A stretch of 63,408 nucleotides of DNA from Patescibacteria group bacterium UBA3530. Its GTDB lineage: Bacteria; Patescibacteriota; Minisyncoccia; Phycocordibacterales; UBA2100. Shown here piece after piece: positions 25,819 to 34,658 of this stretch (positions are counted from its first letter, which is position 1; every line of letters starts with the position of its first letter). Made by a program: the position numbers and the translations under genes. Under the pieces are notes generated by a model. That model was not told the origin of the DNA and did no database searches. It saw only the letters and a program-made list of their open reading frames with translations. The DNA is taken from contig DFOX01000002.1 of NCBI GenBank assembly GCA_002376945.1, positions 31,468-94,875 on the forward strand. The letters are read 5' to 3'.

Positions 25819-28803
25819 ATGACCACGATGCGAGAGTTTAATCAGAAGTACAAAATACTCAATGCAGAGCAAAAGAAGGCGGTGGATACCATCGAGGGTC
25901 CGGTCATTGTTATCGCTGGTCCGGGAACAGGAAAAACGCAAATCCTTACACTCAGAATTGCCAATATTTTAAAGCGCACCGATACCGATCCTTCTTCGAT
26001 ACTCGCACTCACGTTTACCGAGGCCGGCGTTTCAGCGATGCGAAAACGACTGGTATCTTTGATAGGACCAGACGGATATCGGGTAAGCATTCACACATTC
26101 CACGGATTTTGCAATGCAACAATCCAAAGATTTCCGGATGATTTTCCCCGACTGATAAGTTCAGAAGCAATTACTGCCGTAGACAAAATTCTTTTAATGA
26201 GAGAAATTCTTGAAGAAAAAAAGCATCTCAAGCACCTACGACCTTTTTACGACAACTGTGCATACGCACAAAGCTGTTTGGATGCCATATCAAAACTCAA
26301 GCGGGAGTACATTAGCCCAAACGATTTTTCACTTCTGGTTGCAAAAAGCGAAGAGGAATTCTTTGCGCAGGAAGGGGTGTATCACGAGCGGGGAGCGTAT
26401 GCAGGAAAAATGAAGACCGAACATCAAAAAACACTCAAGAAAATTGAGAGAAATAAGGAGCTGATAGAAATATACAAGCGGTATGAGGAACTCATGAGAG
26501 TGCGAAAGCTCTATGATTATGATGATATGATCGGTGTCGTGGTTCAAAGACTTGATGAAAATGAGGATGTACTTCAGAGATTGCAGGAAGAGTATCATTA
26601 CATACTTGCCGATGAGCACCAAGATGCAAACACGGCGCAGAACCGATTGTTGGAATTATTGGTCGATTTTCACGAAGTACCCAACCTCTTCATCGTCGGT
26701 GATGAAAAACAGGCAATATTCAGATTTCAAGGAGCATCACTTGAAAACTTTCTCTACTTTAAGAAAAAGTATCCAACAGCAACGGTGGCGACACTCACCG
26801 ATTCCTATAGATCAGGTCAGAAAATTTTAGATGTCGCACACCGAGTCATTGACTCCTCGACAGAGAATATCGAAAGAGAAACGCTTAATTCAAGGGCTGC
26901 AATTGAACATGAGCGTGTCGAGGTGCGCACATGTACCCATGATGATTTTGAAGCATTGTGGGTCGCTCGCGATATTCAGGAAAAGATACAGCAGGGCATT
27001 GATCCTCGTGAGTTAGCCGTTTTGTATCGAACGAACGCAGATGCAGGATATATCGCACGTGCGCTCGAACGAGAGCATATACCTTATACCATAGAGTCAA
27101 GCACCAATGCACTTGATGATCCAGCCATGATGCAATTTATTCACCTCTTGCGTGCAATTGCAGAGTATGGGAATGAAGAAGTGCTTGCCAAAGCACTCCA
27201 CTCGCGATTCTTGGGGATAGAACCACTCGATGTGTTCAAGATTCTGAAGTACCCTCGACGGAAGAACATCTCATTATACGAATGTTTGCAAAGCGAGAAA
27301 ACACTCAGTGCTATTGGTGTGCGTGACCCTAAAAAACTTTTTGTGTTTGGAAAACGGCTTGCGAAATGGGCCGCTGCAGGATCGAATGATCCGGTTGTAG
27401 ATGTGTTCAATGATGTACTGGACACATCTGGATTCTTAACTTATATTCTCAACTCAACACGTTCAGTTGAATTACTGGCAAAATTGGGAGGATTGGCACG
27501 TGATGTGGAACAACTCGCAGCAGGTAATCGGGAATACACACTTGCTCGTTTGATGCACCATCTTGATCTTATGGTCACCTACAAAATTCGTGTCACTCAA
27601 ACAGAGGGCGAAACCTCGCGACCAGGAGTTCGCTTACTGACCGCACACAAGGCAAAGGGACTCGAATTTGATTACGTATATATCATTGGCGCATGGGATA
27701 CTCATTGGGGTAATAGAAGGCAAATGTCCGTTTTCTCACTCCCGCTTGCAGGCGCAGACGAGCAGGACAATGCTGACGAAAGACGACTTTTCTACGTGGC
27801 ACTTACTCGTGCTCGAGTGGGTATCTCTGTCAGTTACGGACGCACTTCGATACAGGGGAAAGAGCGACTCCCCTCTCAGTTTATCGAAGAGATGGGTGAC
27901 GACAAGCGAGAATATATCAGTACTGAAGATTTTGAAGATGCTATTCCGGAAGATGTGTTCTTCAGAGCGATTCCCAAAACACAGCAATTGTCGATACATG
28001 ATGCGGAATATGTGAAAGAGCTATTTATCGAGCAAGGGCTGTCGGTAACGGCACTTAATAACTACTTAGAATGTCCGTGGAGATTTTTCTATAGCAACTT
28101 GATACGAATACCGAAGATATCAAACAAGCATATGATTCTCGGAACGGCAGTACATGCGGCACTCCGCACCTTTTTTGATGCCGGTAAACGTCGGACAAGA
28201 ACGCTTCTTGTACAATCATTCACCGACGCTCTTGAAAAAACCGCGCTTTCTGGAAGTGTTTTTGATGAAGTTCACCAAAGAGGGATCGAAGCACTTACAG
28301 GTTGGTTTGAAGCTCGTAATCACGCAGTCGTTTCAGATACAATAAACGAGTATAAAGTCGATACTATAATTTCTTTGCCACGTAAAGAGCTGGCGAATAT
28401 AAGAATTCGAGGGATGTTGGATAAGATTGAAATTCATCCAGATGGCGTAACGGTGGTGGATTATAAAACGGGAAATCCAAAGAGTAGGAATCACATTCTT
28501 GGAAATACTCAGGCGCTTGACGCTGGAAATTATTTCAGACAGCTCGTCTTCTATAAACTCCTCTTGGACACGGAGGGAAAGCATGTCATGAAGCGAGGGG
28601 TGATTGACTTCATACAGCCAAAAAACAATGGTACATATACCACAGAGATATTTGACATCACTCCACAACACGTCGATACACTGCTCACAGAAATAGCGGA
28701 TATGGTACAAGAAGTGCTCTCACTTGCTTTTTGGGACAGAAGATGTGAGGCACACAAGAAGGGAGCATGTGAGTATTGTGCGCTGAGAGATGTTATGCAG
28801 TAA
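25819..28803 (+). CDS. UvrD/PcrA-family helicase fused to a Cas4/AddB-like PD-(D/E)XK nuclease domain
   Basis: Walker A AGPGTGKTQ, LADEHQD, helicase motifs (VGDEKQAIFRFQGA, LTAHKAKGLEFDYVYI, LFYVALTRAR). The C-terminus has LECPWRFFY, MLDKIEI...VVDYKTG, QLVFYKLLL and CEAHKKGACEYC. TATACT at 25807-25812 favours ATG 25819 over GTG 25798. Confidence 0.85.
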   Translation: MTTMREFNQKYKILNAEQKKAVDTIEGPVIVIAGPGTGKTQILTLRIANILKRTDTDPSSILALTFTEAGVSAMRKRLVSLIGPDGYRVSIHTFHGFCNATIQRFPDDFPRLISSEAITAVDKILLMREILEEKKHLKHLRPFYDNCAYAQSCLDAISKLKREYISPNDFSLLVAKSEEEFFAQEGVYHERGAYAGKMKTEHQKTLKKIERNKELIEIYKRYEELMRVRKLYDYDDMIGVVVQRLDENEDVLQRLQEEYHYILADEHQDANTAQNRLLELLVDFHEVPNLFIVGDEKQAIFRFQGASLENFLYFKKKYPTATVATLTDSYRSGQKILDVAHRVIDSSTENIERETLNSRAAIEHERVEVRTCTHDDFEALWVARDIQEKIQQGIDPRELAVLYRTNADAGYIARALEREHIPYTIESSTNALDDPAMMQFIHLLRAIAEYGNEEVLAKALHSRFLGIEPLDVFKILKYPRRKNISLYECLQSEKTLSAIGVRDPKKLFVFGKRLAKWAAAGSNDPVVDVFNDVLDTSGFLTYILNSTRSVELLAKLGGLARDVEQLAAGNREYTLARLMHHLDLMVTYKIRVTQTEGETSRPGVRLLTAHKAKGLEFDYVYIIGAWDTHWGNRRQMSVFSLPLAGADEQDNADERRLFYVALTRARVGISVSYGRTSIQGKERLPSQFIEEMGDDKREYISTEDFEDAIPEDVFFRAIPKTQQLSIHDAEYVKELFIEQGLSVTALNNYLECPWRFFYSNLIRIPKISNKHMILGTAVHAALRTFFDAGKRRTRTLLVQSFTDALEKTALSGSVFDEVHQRGIEALTGWFEARNHAVVSDTINEYKVDTIISLPRKELANIRIRGMLDKIEIHPDGVTVVDYKTGNPKSRNHILGNTQALDAGNYFRQLVFYKLLLDTEGKHVMKRGVIDFIQPKNNGTYTTEIFDITPQHVDTLLTEIADMVQEVLSLAFWDRRCEAHKKGACEYCALRDVMQ

Positions 28804-28864
28804 ACAGGTTGTCATATAAAAAATCTTCTCGTTTGTGAGCTAATGTTGTACGATAGGTGTCACT

Positions 28865-29680
28865 ATGGGAGATGTTGTTATCTGGACGAATATTTTTTTA
28901 GGTGTAGTACAAGGTATTACCGAACTACTCCCTATATCTTCATCCGGACACTTGGTAATCATACACGCATGGCTTGGCGCAAGTGGCGAGGATTTGGCAT
29001 TTGATGGAATGTTGCATTTTGCAACAGCCCTGGCCATTTTTGCGTATTTCTACAATGATATCAAAGTCTTGCTACATGCCACGTGGCGAGTACCCGGTGC
29101 CATTTCTCAAGGACGTTCGTTGGACGAATCGCAATCTGTGGCTGTGGCGATAGGGGTGGCAACCATACCTGCGGTAGTGCTAGGTATTTTTTTGGAGGAG
29201 ATCATGGCGACTGTTTTTAGGAACCCCCAATTGGTTGCCGGTACACTCGCAGCGGGTGCACTACTTATGATTCTTGCTGAATGGCGAGTGCGCATCAACA
29301 ATGAGAAACGCCATCATGTAGTACTAGGATGGAAACAAGGTATCATTGTGGGCTTATTTCAATCTCTTGCGTTGATTCCGGGAATGAGTCGTTCCGGTAT
29401 GACTATCGTGGGAGGCATGTTTGTCGGATTGCAAAGAAAAGATGCTGCGCGGTTTGGGTTTCTGCTGGGCATACCACTATTACTTGGAGCGGGAGCAAAA
29501 AAGATAATCGACATTGGCGTTTTGAGTATAGATATGGCGATGTTTGCCGGTGCTGCAGCCGCCTTCCTGGTCGCTCTTGTTGTCATCCACTACTTACTCG
29601 AATTTTTGAGAAATAATTCACTGTATGTCTTCATTGTGTATCGGATGGCATTAGCTGCAGTCATTTTGATGATTTTCTAG
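28865..29680 (+). CDS. uppP: undecaprenyl-diphosphate phosphatase
   Basis: GVVQGITELLPISSSGH and PGMSRSG motifs of the BacA/UppP family; polytopic membrane protein. Confidence 0.93.
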   Translation: MGDVVIWTNIFLGVVQGITELLPISSSGHLVIIHAWLGASGEDLAFDGMLHFATALAIFAYFYNDIKVLLHATWRVPGAISQGRSLDESQSVAVAIGVATIPAVVLGIFLEEIMATVFRNPQLVAGTLAAGALLMILAEWRVRINNEKRHHVVLGWKQGIIVGLFQSLALIPGMSRSGMTIVGGMFVGLQRKDAARFGFLLGIPLLLGAGAKKIIDIGVLSIDMAMFAGAAAAFLVALVVIHYLLEFLRNNSLYVFIVYRMALAAVILMIF

Positions 29681-30252
29681 AAGGGAAGTGTATGGGTGAG
29701 CGTAGTCTCGCCCTTGTCTTTCCATGTACGGGTATCAAGCGATATTGTTTGTATCTTTCCCAATTCTTTGTACTTAACTGATCCGTGCTTGAGTGCGTAT
29801 TCGTATATATCTTTCGTAACCTTCACATCCTGAATACAGTAGTCAATAACTTTTTGTTTTTCCCCATCACGCCACCATTGAATCGCCTGTAGTCCATGCC
29901 CTCCTTTTCTCTCTCCGAGTGTTGCTTCGGCGATAGTGTCGAGTTTAATTCTTCGTCCCAAAGATGCACGAATTTCTTTTAAGAGATCAAGACTGGCAAT
30001 ATGCGAGAGATCCCCCGGATAGTATTTATTCAACAGAGGAATATCAAAATGATCTGAGTTGAATCCGATTAACAAATCTGCTTGTTCGATACTTTTCCAA
30101 AGATCATTGAATTGGTGTTGCTCATAGGCGGTATACTTTTCTGTCTTGGAGTCGTAAATGCCAACAACAGATATATCAAGTGCACTGGGGTCAGCGGAGC
30201 CAACATCTGAGAACTGATTGCTCGTTTCTATGTCAAAAACAATAAATCGCAT
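29677..30252 (-). CDS. RNase H-like (DEDD-type) 3'-5' exonuclease domain protein
   Basis: MRFIVFDIETSN... / GFNSDHFDIPLL / YCIQDVKVT resemble Exo I/II/III motifs. ORF-track start 30345 overlaps the hisS 3' end, so ATG 30252 is preferred. Confidence 0.6.
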   Translation of the reverse strand: MRFIVFDIETSNQFSDVGSADPSALDISVVGIYDSKTEKYTAYEQHQFNDLWKSIEQADLLIGFNSDHFDIPLLNKYYPGDLSHIASLDLLKEIRASLGRRIKLDTIAEATLGERKGGHGLQAIQWWRDGEKQKVIDYCIQDVKVTKDIYEYALKHGSVKYKELGKIQTISLDTRTWKDKGETTLTHTLPF

Positions 30253-30274
30253 TGCAGGATTGTAGCACAACAAG

Positions 30275-31522
30275 CTACACCTCGTAGGTGCAGAGGTGAT
30301 CAGCAACTTCGTCCATTGGTACAGTTTTTTCCTCTCCTGTTGCAAGATGCTTCACCACCAAGGTTCCACTCTCAGCTTCTTGCTGCCCGATACATGCTGA
30401 GAAAGGAATATGCTTTTTGATCGCCAATTTAATTTGATCACCTACTTTTTTGTATGAGTAATTAACCGCAACATTGATATCCTGAGACCGCAGGTTTTGG
30501 GCAATCGTATCGGCGATAGATGCTGATTGCTCATCAAGCACGCAGAGCATTATATCCGTTGGAGAAACGTATTCGGGAAGCAGCTCGTGTGTAGTGAGAA
30601 AATCCTGTAGCGTTACGTCCCCAAGAGCAAAACCAATTGTGGGGATTGGCGTAACGCCAAAAAGCTCCAAGAGTGCATCATAGCGACCACCTCCGGCTAT
30701 TGATCGATTGTTTTCATCTGAAGTGTCAAATATTTCAAATACCATTCCTGTGTAATAGTCAAATCCGCGAATAATTGAAGTATCCACTACAACATTCGTC
30801 ACACCCAAGTTTTTAAGTCGCGCATGGAGGGATTCAAGCAGAGGATTGCTCGCAGCTGATGCAAGGAGCGACAGAAGGTGTTCGCTCTTCTCTCCCACAC
30901 TGCTCCTCAGTGCGTCTTCAAAATTGTCCATTTTTGCACGTCGATCAAGGAGTGACATAACACTTTTTCTGGTTCCCGCATCAATACCGGCTTCGTCAAA
31001 AATGTGCTCAAACACCCTGCGGTCATTAATGTGAATCTGAAAATCAGCTTCGGTTGCACCAAATGCGGTTATGAGATGGTGCGCAAGGGTAATTATTTCA
31101 ACATCTGCATCAGCTCCGGCAATCCCAAAAAGATCTGCATTTAATTGCCAGAATTCACGAAGGCGTCCTCGTTGGGCGCGCTCATAGCGAAAACAATTTG
31201 GCATTGAGTACCAGCGGAGCGGGAAACCGAGCTCTCGATATTTCGCTGCCACCATACGAGCCACAGTCGGGGTCATCTCAGGGCGCAAAGTAACATCTCG
31301 TCCTCCGCGGTCTTTGAAGGTATAGGTTTGTTCGTTTACAATCTCATCACTCGTTTTAGTCCGATAGAGCTCAGCGGGTTCAAGCAATGAAGCGCTGTAT
31401 GGTTCATATCCAAAACTTTCGCAGACGCGCGACAGTGTATTGACCATATAGTCATGTAGGTATGTATCTTTTGGATAGAAGTCACGTACCCCTCTATACG
31501 AATCAGTTGAAAGCTTTTTCAT
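30275..31522 (-). CDS. hisS: histidine--tRNA ligase
   Basis: GVRDFYP..., RPEMTPTVARM, FRYERAQRGRLREFWQLN, AGGGRYD, and a C-terminal anticodon-binding domain. The real start is MKKLSTDSYRG at 31522; the ORF-track start 31726 extension is non-homologous. Confidence 0.93.
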   Translation of the reverse strand: MKKLSTDSYRGVRDFYPKDTYLHDYMVNTLSRVCESFGYEPYSASLLEPAELYRTKTSDEIVNEQTYTFKDRGGRDVTLRPEMTPTVARMVAAKYRELGFPLRWYSMPNCFRYERAQRGRLREFWQLNADLFGIAGADADVEIITLAHHLITAFGATEADFQIHINDRRVFEHIFDEAGIDAGTRKSVMSLLDRRAKMDNFEDALRSSVGEKSEHLLSLLASAASNPLLESLHARLKNLGVTNVVVDTSIIRGFDYYTGMVFEIFDTSDENNRSIAGGGRYDALLELFGVTPIPTIGFALGDVTLQDFLTTHELLPEYVSPTDIMLCVLDEQSASIADTIAQNLRSQDINVAVNYSYKKVGDQIKLAIKKHIPFSACIGQQEAESGTLVVKHLATGEEKTVPMDEVADHLCTYEV

Positions 31523-31583
31523 AGTCAAATGGTAGCAGAAAAGTGAACCGGCCGCACCAAGAACGATGCGGCCGATGATGTTC

Positions 31584-31799
31584 TCACTCGTACACCTTCG
31601 TAAACTCAGCATTGACCAGTTTGCTCTGCGAGCCGGTGCTGAGACGGAATACTTCTTTGTTTTCGGTTTCCGAGAGAGTGATCCAAAGAGGATACTCTCC
31701 GAAAATTTCCTTGGCCAACGCTTCAATTGCGCGTTGCTTTTGCCGGTATGCTTCCAGAGCGAAATGGCCTTCCACTCGGAATTTCCTTTTTCTTTCCAT
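31584..31799 (-). CDS. hypothetical 71-aa protein
   Basis: Strong SD GGGAGG 8 nt upstream of the ATG. A hairpin cggccgca...tgcggccg lies downstream, before hisS. No family recognised. Confidence 0.55.
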   Translation of the reverse strand: MERKRKFRVEGHFALEAYRQKQRAIEALAKEIFGEYPLWITLSETENKEVFRLSTGSQSKLVNAEFTKVYE

Positions 31800-31881
31800 G
31801 GAGGTAACCTCCCTTCCTATGGGGAAATATACCAGCGAAATATGGTTTCAACAACGATTGCCGTGTATTATACCCACTATT

Positions 31882-32262
31882 ATGGGTGTTTTAATGGTAA
31901 AAAAATCTCGAGTCGGTATGGGTTTTGGGCTTTTTGTCACCACAGATTTTAAGGAGGGAGATTTTATCATCGAATACACCGGTGAAATCATCTCATCCAA
32001 AGAAGCAGATCGACGTGTCAGCAAGTACCTGTTTCAAATAGATGAGTACTACACAATCGACGGCGCCGGGGAAAGTAATCGTGCACGGTATATAAATCAT
32101 TTTTGTAACCCCAATATAGAAGCGGTTGTTGAGGCAGGTCAAATCAACTTCTATGCACTGCGTGACATACAAGAAGGAGAGGAGTTGGGATTTGACTATG
32201 GAGAAGAGTATAAAGATGAATTCATCACACCATTTGGTTGTAAATGTCCGCACTGTGCATAA
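31882..32262 (+). CDS. minimal SET-domain protein (putative protein-lysine methyltransferase)
   Basis: KKSRVGMGFGLFVTTDFKEGDFIIEYTGEII, NHFCNPN (NHSCxPN motif), ELGFDYG (ELxFDY) and a post-SET-like CKCPHC. The start is ambiguous (31882 or 31894). The longer ORF from 31612 overlaps the opposite-strand gene. Confidence 0.75.
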   Translation: MGVLMVKKSRVGMGFGLFVTTDFKEGDFIIEYTGEIISSKEADRRVSKYLFQIDEYYTIDGAGESNRARYINHFCNPNIEAVVEAGQINFYALRDIQEGEELGFDYGEEYKDEFITPFGCKCPHCA

Positions 32263-32325
32263 TTCTTGATTACGATACGAATTACGGTATTGTCACTGCA
32301 GGAAATAGCACATAAGGAGTACAAC

Positions 32326-33453
32326 ATGAGCTTTGAATCTCGGGCGCTTGGGGTGCTTGAGCGCATGAATGTGAAAGTGGGTGGAGACCGCCCGCAAGAT
32401 ATCCATGTTCACCACCCCGCGGTATATCGAAAGGTACTCATGGGCGGGACACTCGCCCTGGGTGATGCATACGTTAATGGTGAGTGGAGTGCGAATCAAT
32501 TAGATGTGTTTTTCGCGCATATCATCAACACACCAGAAGCACGTTCGATGCAAGGTGTGAATACATGGCGGATACGTCTTGCATCCAGACTGATGAACAT
32601 ACAGTCGAGAGCACGTGCGTTCATGGTCGGAGAGCATCATTATGATGTTGGGAACGATATCTACGAATGCATGCTTGGCGACATTCGTGCATATACGTGT
32701 GGGTATCGTGGGCGTGGCGCTAAAACGCTGAAGCAGATGCAGTTCGACAAACATCAGTTGATCTGCGAAAAGCTGCACTTGACCGAAGGACAGCGTATTC
32801 TCGACATTGGATGCGGTAATGGAGAGTTTATGTACCATGCGCTGGTACATGGTCACGCACGGCAAGTTGTGGGTGTCTCTGTTTCTCGTGAGCAGACAAA
32901 GCTCGCGATGCAAAGAAATAAAGGGCTGTCCGCTCGCTTCCGCATTCTGGACTATCGCCTGCTCAATCCGGTCGAGTGTGGCCAGTTTGATCGGGTCGTA
33001 TCGATTGGTATGGCAGAGCACGTGGGGTGCAAGAACTTCGGTGAATACATGGCAGCGGCGCATCGCATGCTGCGGCCTGATGGGTTGTTCCTTCTGCACA
33101 CCATTACGTCAAACACCACCCAAGACTATGGGGACGGATGGCTGAGCAGGAGAATTTTTCCTGGAGGGGTTCTGCCGTCGGTGGCAACCATCGCCAAAAG
33201 CGCCGAGCCGTACTTTGTCATCGAAGACGTACATAACTTCGGTGCCGACTACGATTGGACGTTGATGTTCTGGTACAGAAACCTTCTTGATAACCGGCGT
33301 GATATCGAGAAAAGATATGATGAGCGTTTCTTCCGAATGTGGGAGTACTATCTGTTGCAGTGTGCCGGACTCTTTCGATCACGGCATATCCAGTTGCAAC
33401 AGTTCGTCCTCTCCCCAAACGGAGTGTCTGGAGGATACACCAGTGTGCGCTGA
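32326..33453 (+). CDS. cfa: cyclopropane-fatty-acyl-phospholipid synthase family SAM methyltransferase
   Basis: SD AAGGAG lies upstream of ATG 32326. N-terminal ALGDAYVNGEW, SAM motif ILDIGCGNGEF, FDRVVSIGMAEHVG, and a C-terminal RMWEYYL typical of the CFA/mycolic-acid synthase family. Confidence 0.85.
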   Translation: MSFESRALGVLERMNVKVGGDRPQDIHVHHPAVYRKVLMGGTLALGDAYVNGEWSANQLDVFFAHIINTPEARSMQGVNTWRIRLASRLMNIQSRARAFMVGEHHYDVGNDIYECMLGDIRAYTCGYRGRGAKTLKQMQFDKHQLICEKLHLTEGQRILDIGCGNGEFMYHALVHGHARQVVGVSVSREQTKLAMQRNKGLSARFRILDYRLLNPVECGQFDRVVSIGMAEHVGCKNFGEYMAAAHRMLRPDGLFLLHTITSNTTQDYGDGWLSRRIFPGGVLPSVATIAKSAEPYFVIEDVHNFGADYDWTLMFWYRNLLDNRRDIEKRYDERFFRMWEYYLLQCAGLFRSRHIQLQQFVLSPNGVSGGYTSVR

Positions 33454-33460
33454 AAGAAGC

Positions 33461-33490
33461 AAAGGGGCGGTTTATATGACCGCCCCTTTT
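33461..33490 (+). terminator. rho-independent terminator
   Basis: aaaggggcgg-tttatatga-ccgccccttt followed by tgtt. Confidence 0.8.
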
Positions 33491-33617
33491 GTTATCACCT
33501 GTTCTAATAGAATATACGTGCAATGCATGGTACTATTTTAGCAGTTTTCGAAGAGTAGGTTGTGCTACGCAATCGAGTCGATAAGGGAACACAACTTAAT
33601 AAGAAATAACAGAATAC

Positions 33618-33893
33618 ATGGATAACGAACGACAGATGTTCACCGGAGATTGGAAATGTGGAGGATGTGGTGCAGCCATCACCGAACTTCCCTTTAAGCC
33701 AGATCCGGCGCGTGAAGCAGACCTTATGTGTCGTGACTGTCACAAGAAGCGAATGGACGAACGACCTCGTCAGGAACGAACAATGCATGAAGGAAATTGG
33801 ACGTGTGCTGATTGTGGGGGAGCCATCACGAGTCTTCCTTTTGAGCCGCGAGATACCAGTAACCTCAAATGTAGGGATTGTTTCCGCAAGTAG
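33618..33893 (+). CDS. duplicated CxxC...CxxC zinc-ribbon protein
   Basis: Two internal repeats: W(K/T)C(G/A)xCGxAIT(E/S)LPF(K/E)P...(M/K)CRDC(H/F)(K/R)K. This gives 8 Cys in two CxxC-x18/20-CxxC units. It has its own terminator. Confidence 0.6.
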   Translation: MDNERQMFTGDWKCGGCGAAITELPFKPDPAREADLMCRDCHKKRMDERPRQERTMHEGNWTCADCGGAITSLPFEPRDTSNLKCRDCFRK

Positions 33894-33902
33894 TGACGGT
33901 AC

Positions 33903-33938
33903 AAAACCACCTTACCATTTTCTTGCGAGGTGGTTTTT
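33903..33938 (+). terminator. rho-independent terminator
   Basis: aaaaccacct (33903-33912) pairs with aggtggtttt (33928-33937), plus one further t. Confidence 0.7.
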
Positions 33939-33957
33939 GCATGGGTATTCTATACAC

Positions 33958-34623
33958 ATGGACAACGTACGTATCGAAGCATCATGGAAGGAGCGTCTAC
34001 TTCCGGAGTTTGAGAAACCGTACTTTTCTTCTCTGCGCAGTGCGATACGCAAGGCATACGTAGAGGGGAAGGTATTCCCACCTCCGGATCGGATTTTCTA
34101 TGCTTTTGATTTGTGCCCGTTTGATAAAGTGAAAGTGGTCATTTTAGGACAAGATCCCTATCACGGAACAGGACAGGCAAACGGTCTTTGTTTTGCGGTA
34201 AATGAAGGAGTGAAGCTGCCGCCATCGCTACAGAATATCTTTAAAGAAATTGAACATGATCTAGGAAGAGAGGTAACCAAGGCGGGTAATTTAGAGCGTT
34301 GGGCAAAACAAGGGGTGTTGCTACTGAATGCAACACTGACCGTTTCCGCACATCAGGCAGGTTCACACCAGGGAAAGGGTTGGGAAGTATTCACCGATGC
34401 TGTGGTACGCACGCTGTCAGCGCAGCGAGAAGGCATTGTGTTTATGCTCTGGGGTAACTATGCAAAAGAGAAGGGTAAGGGAATTGATTGGGGTAGGCAT
34501 CTGGTACTTGAAGCGGCGCACCCATCGCCATTTTCTGCATACAGCGGATTCTTCGGATGTAAGCACTTCTCCCAGGCAAATGAATATTTAAAGAAAAAAG
34601 GAAAAGGAGAGATTGAATGGTAG
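33958..34623 (+). CDS. ung: uracil-DNA glycosylase (family 1)
   Basis: VKVVILGQDPYHGTGQANGLCFAV, LLLNATLTV and HPSPFSA motifs. The ORF-track extension from 33658 overlaps the zinc-ribbon gene and its terminator. Confidence 0.93.
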   Translation: MDNVRIEASWKERLLPEFEKPYFSSLRSAIRKAYVEGKVFPPPDRIFYAFDLCPFDKVKVVILGQDPYHGTGQANGLCFAVNEGVKLPPSLQNIFKEIEHDLGREVTKAGNLERWAKQGVLLLNATLTVSAHQAGSHQGKGWEVFTDAVVRTLSAQREGIVFMLWGNYAKEKGKGIDWGRHLVLEAAHPSPFSAYSGFFGCKHFSQANEYLKKKGKGEIEW

Positions 34624-34651
34624 AAATGCCGCGAGTGGCTCGCGGCATTTC
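34623..34651. terminator. bidirectional terminator hairpin
   Basis: gaaatgccgcgag-tgg-ctcgcggcatttc, a 13-bp perfect stem between convergent ung and the usg-like gene. Confidence 0.75.
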
Positions 34652-34658
34652 CAACGTC

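Noticed and set aside
30253-30345. Longer start for the exonuclease-like gene (ORF-track start 30345)
   Set aside because: It would overlap the hisS 3' end by 71 nt. The conserved DEDD fold starts at MRFIVFDIET.
31523-31726. Longer start for hisS and a possible second T-box upstream of hisS
   Set aside because: The extension is non-homologous and overlaps the 71-aa gene. HisRS homology begins at MKKLSTDSYRGVRDF. The 61-nt spacer contains only a simple hairpin and no T-box core sequence.
31612-31881. Long N-terminal extension of the SET-domain ORF, including the ATG at 31798 that shares a CCATGG palindrome with the divergent gene's start codon
   Set aside because: The extension runs antisense through the SD-supported 71-aa gene and has no SET homology. 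Minimal SET proteins begin right at the (V/I)KKS...G.G.F segment. The shared CCATGG is probably coincidental.
33658-33957. 300-nt N-terminal extension of ung
   Set aside because: It overlaps the zinc-ribbon gene in another frame and crosses that gene's terminator. UDG homology starts at MDNVRIEASW.
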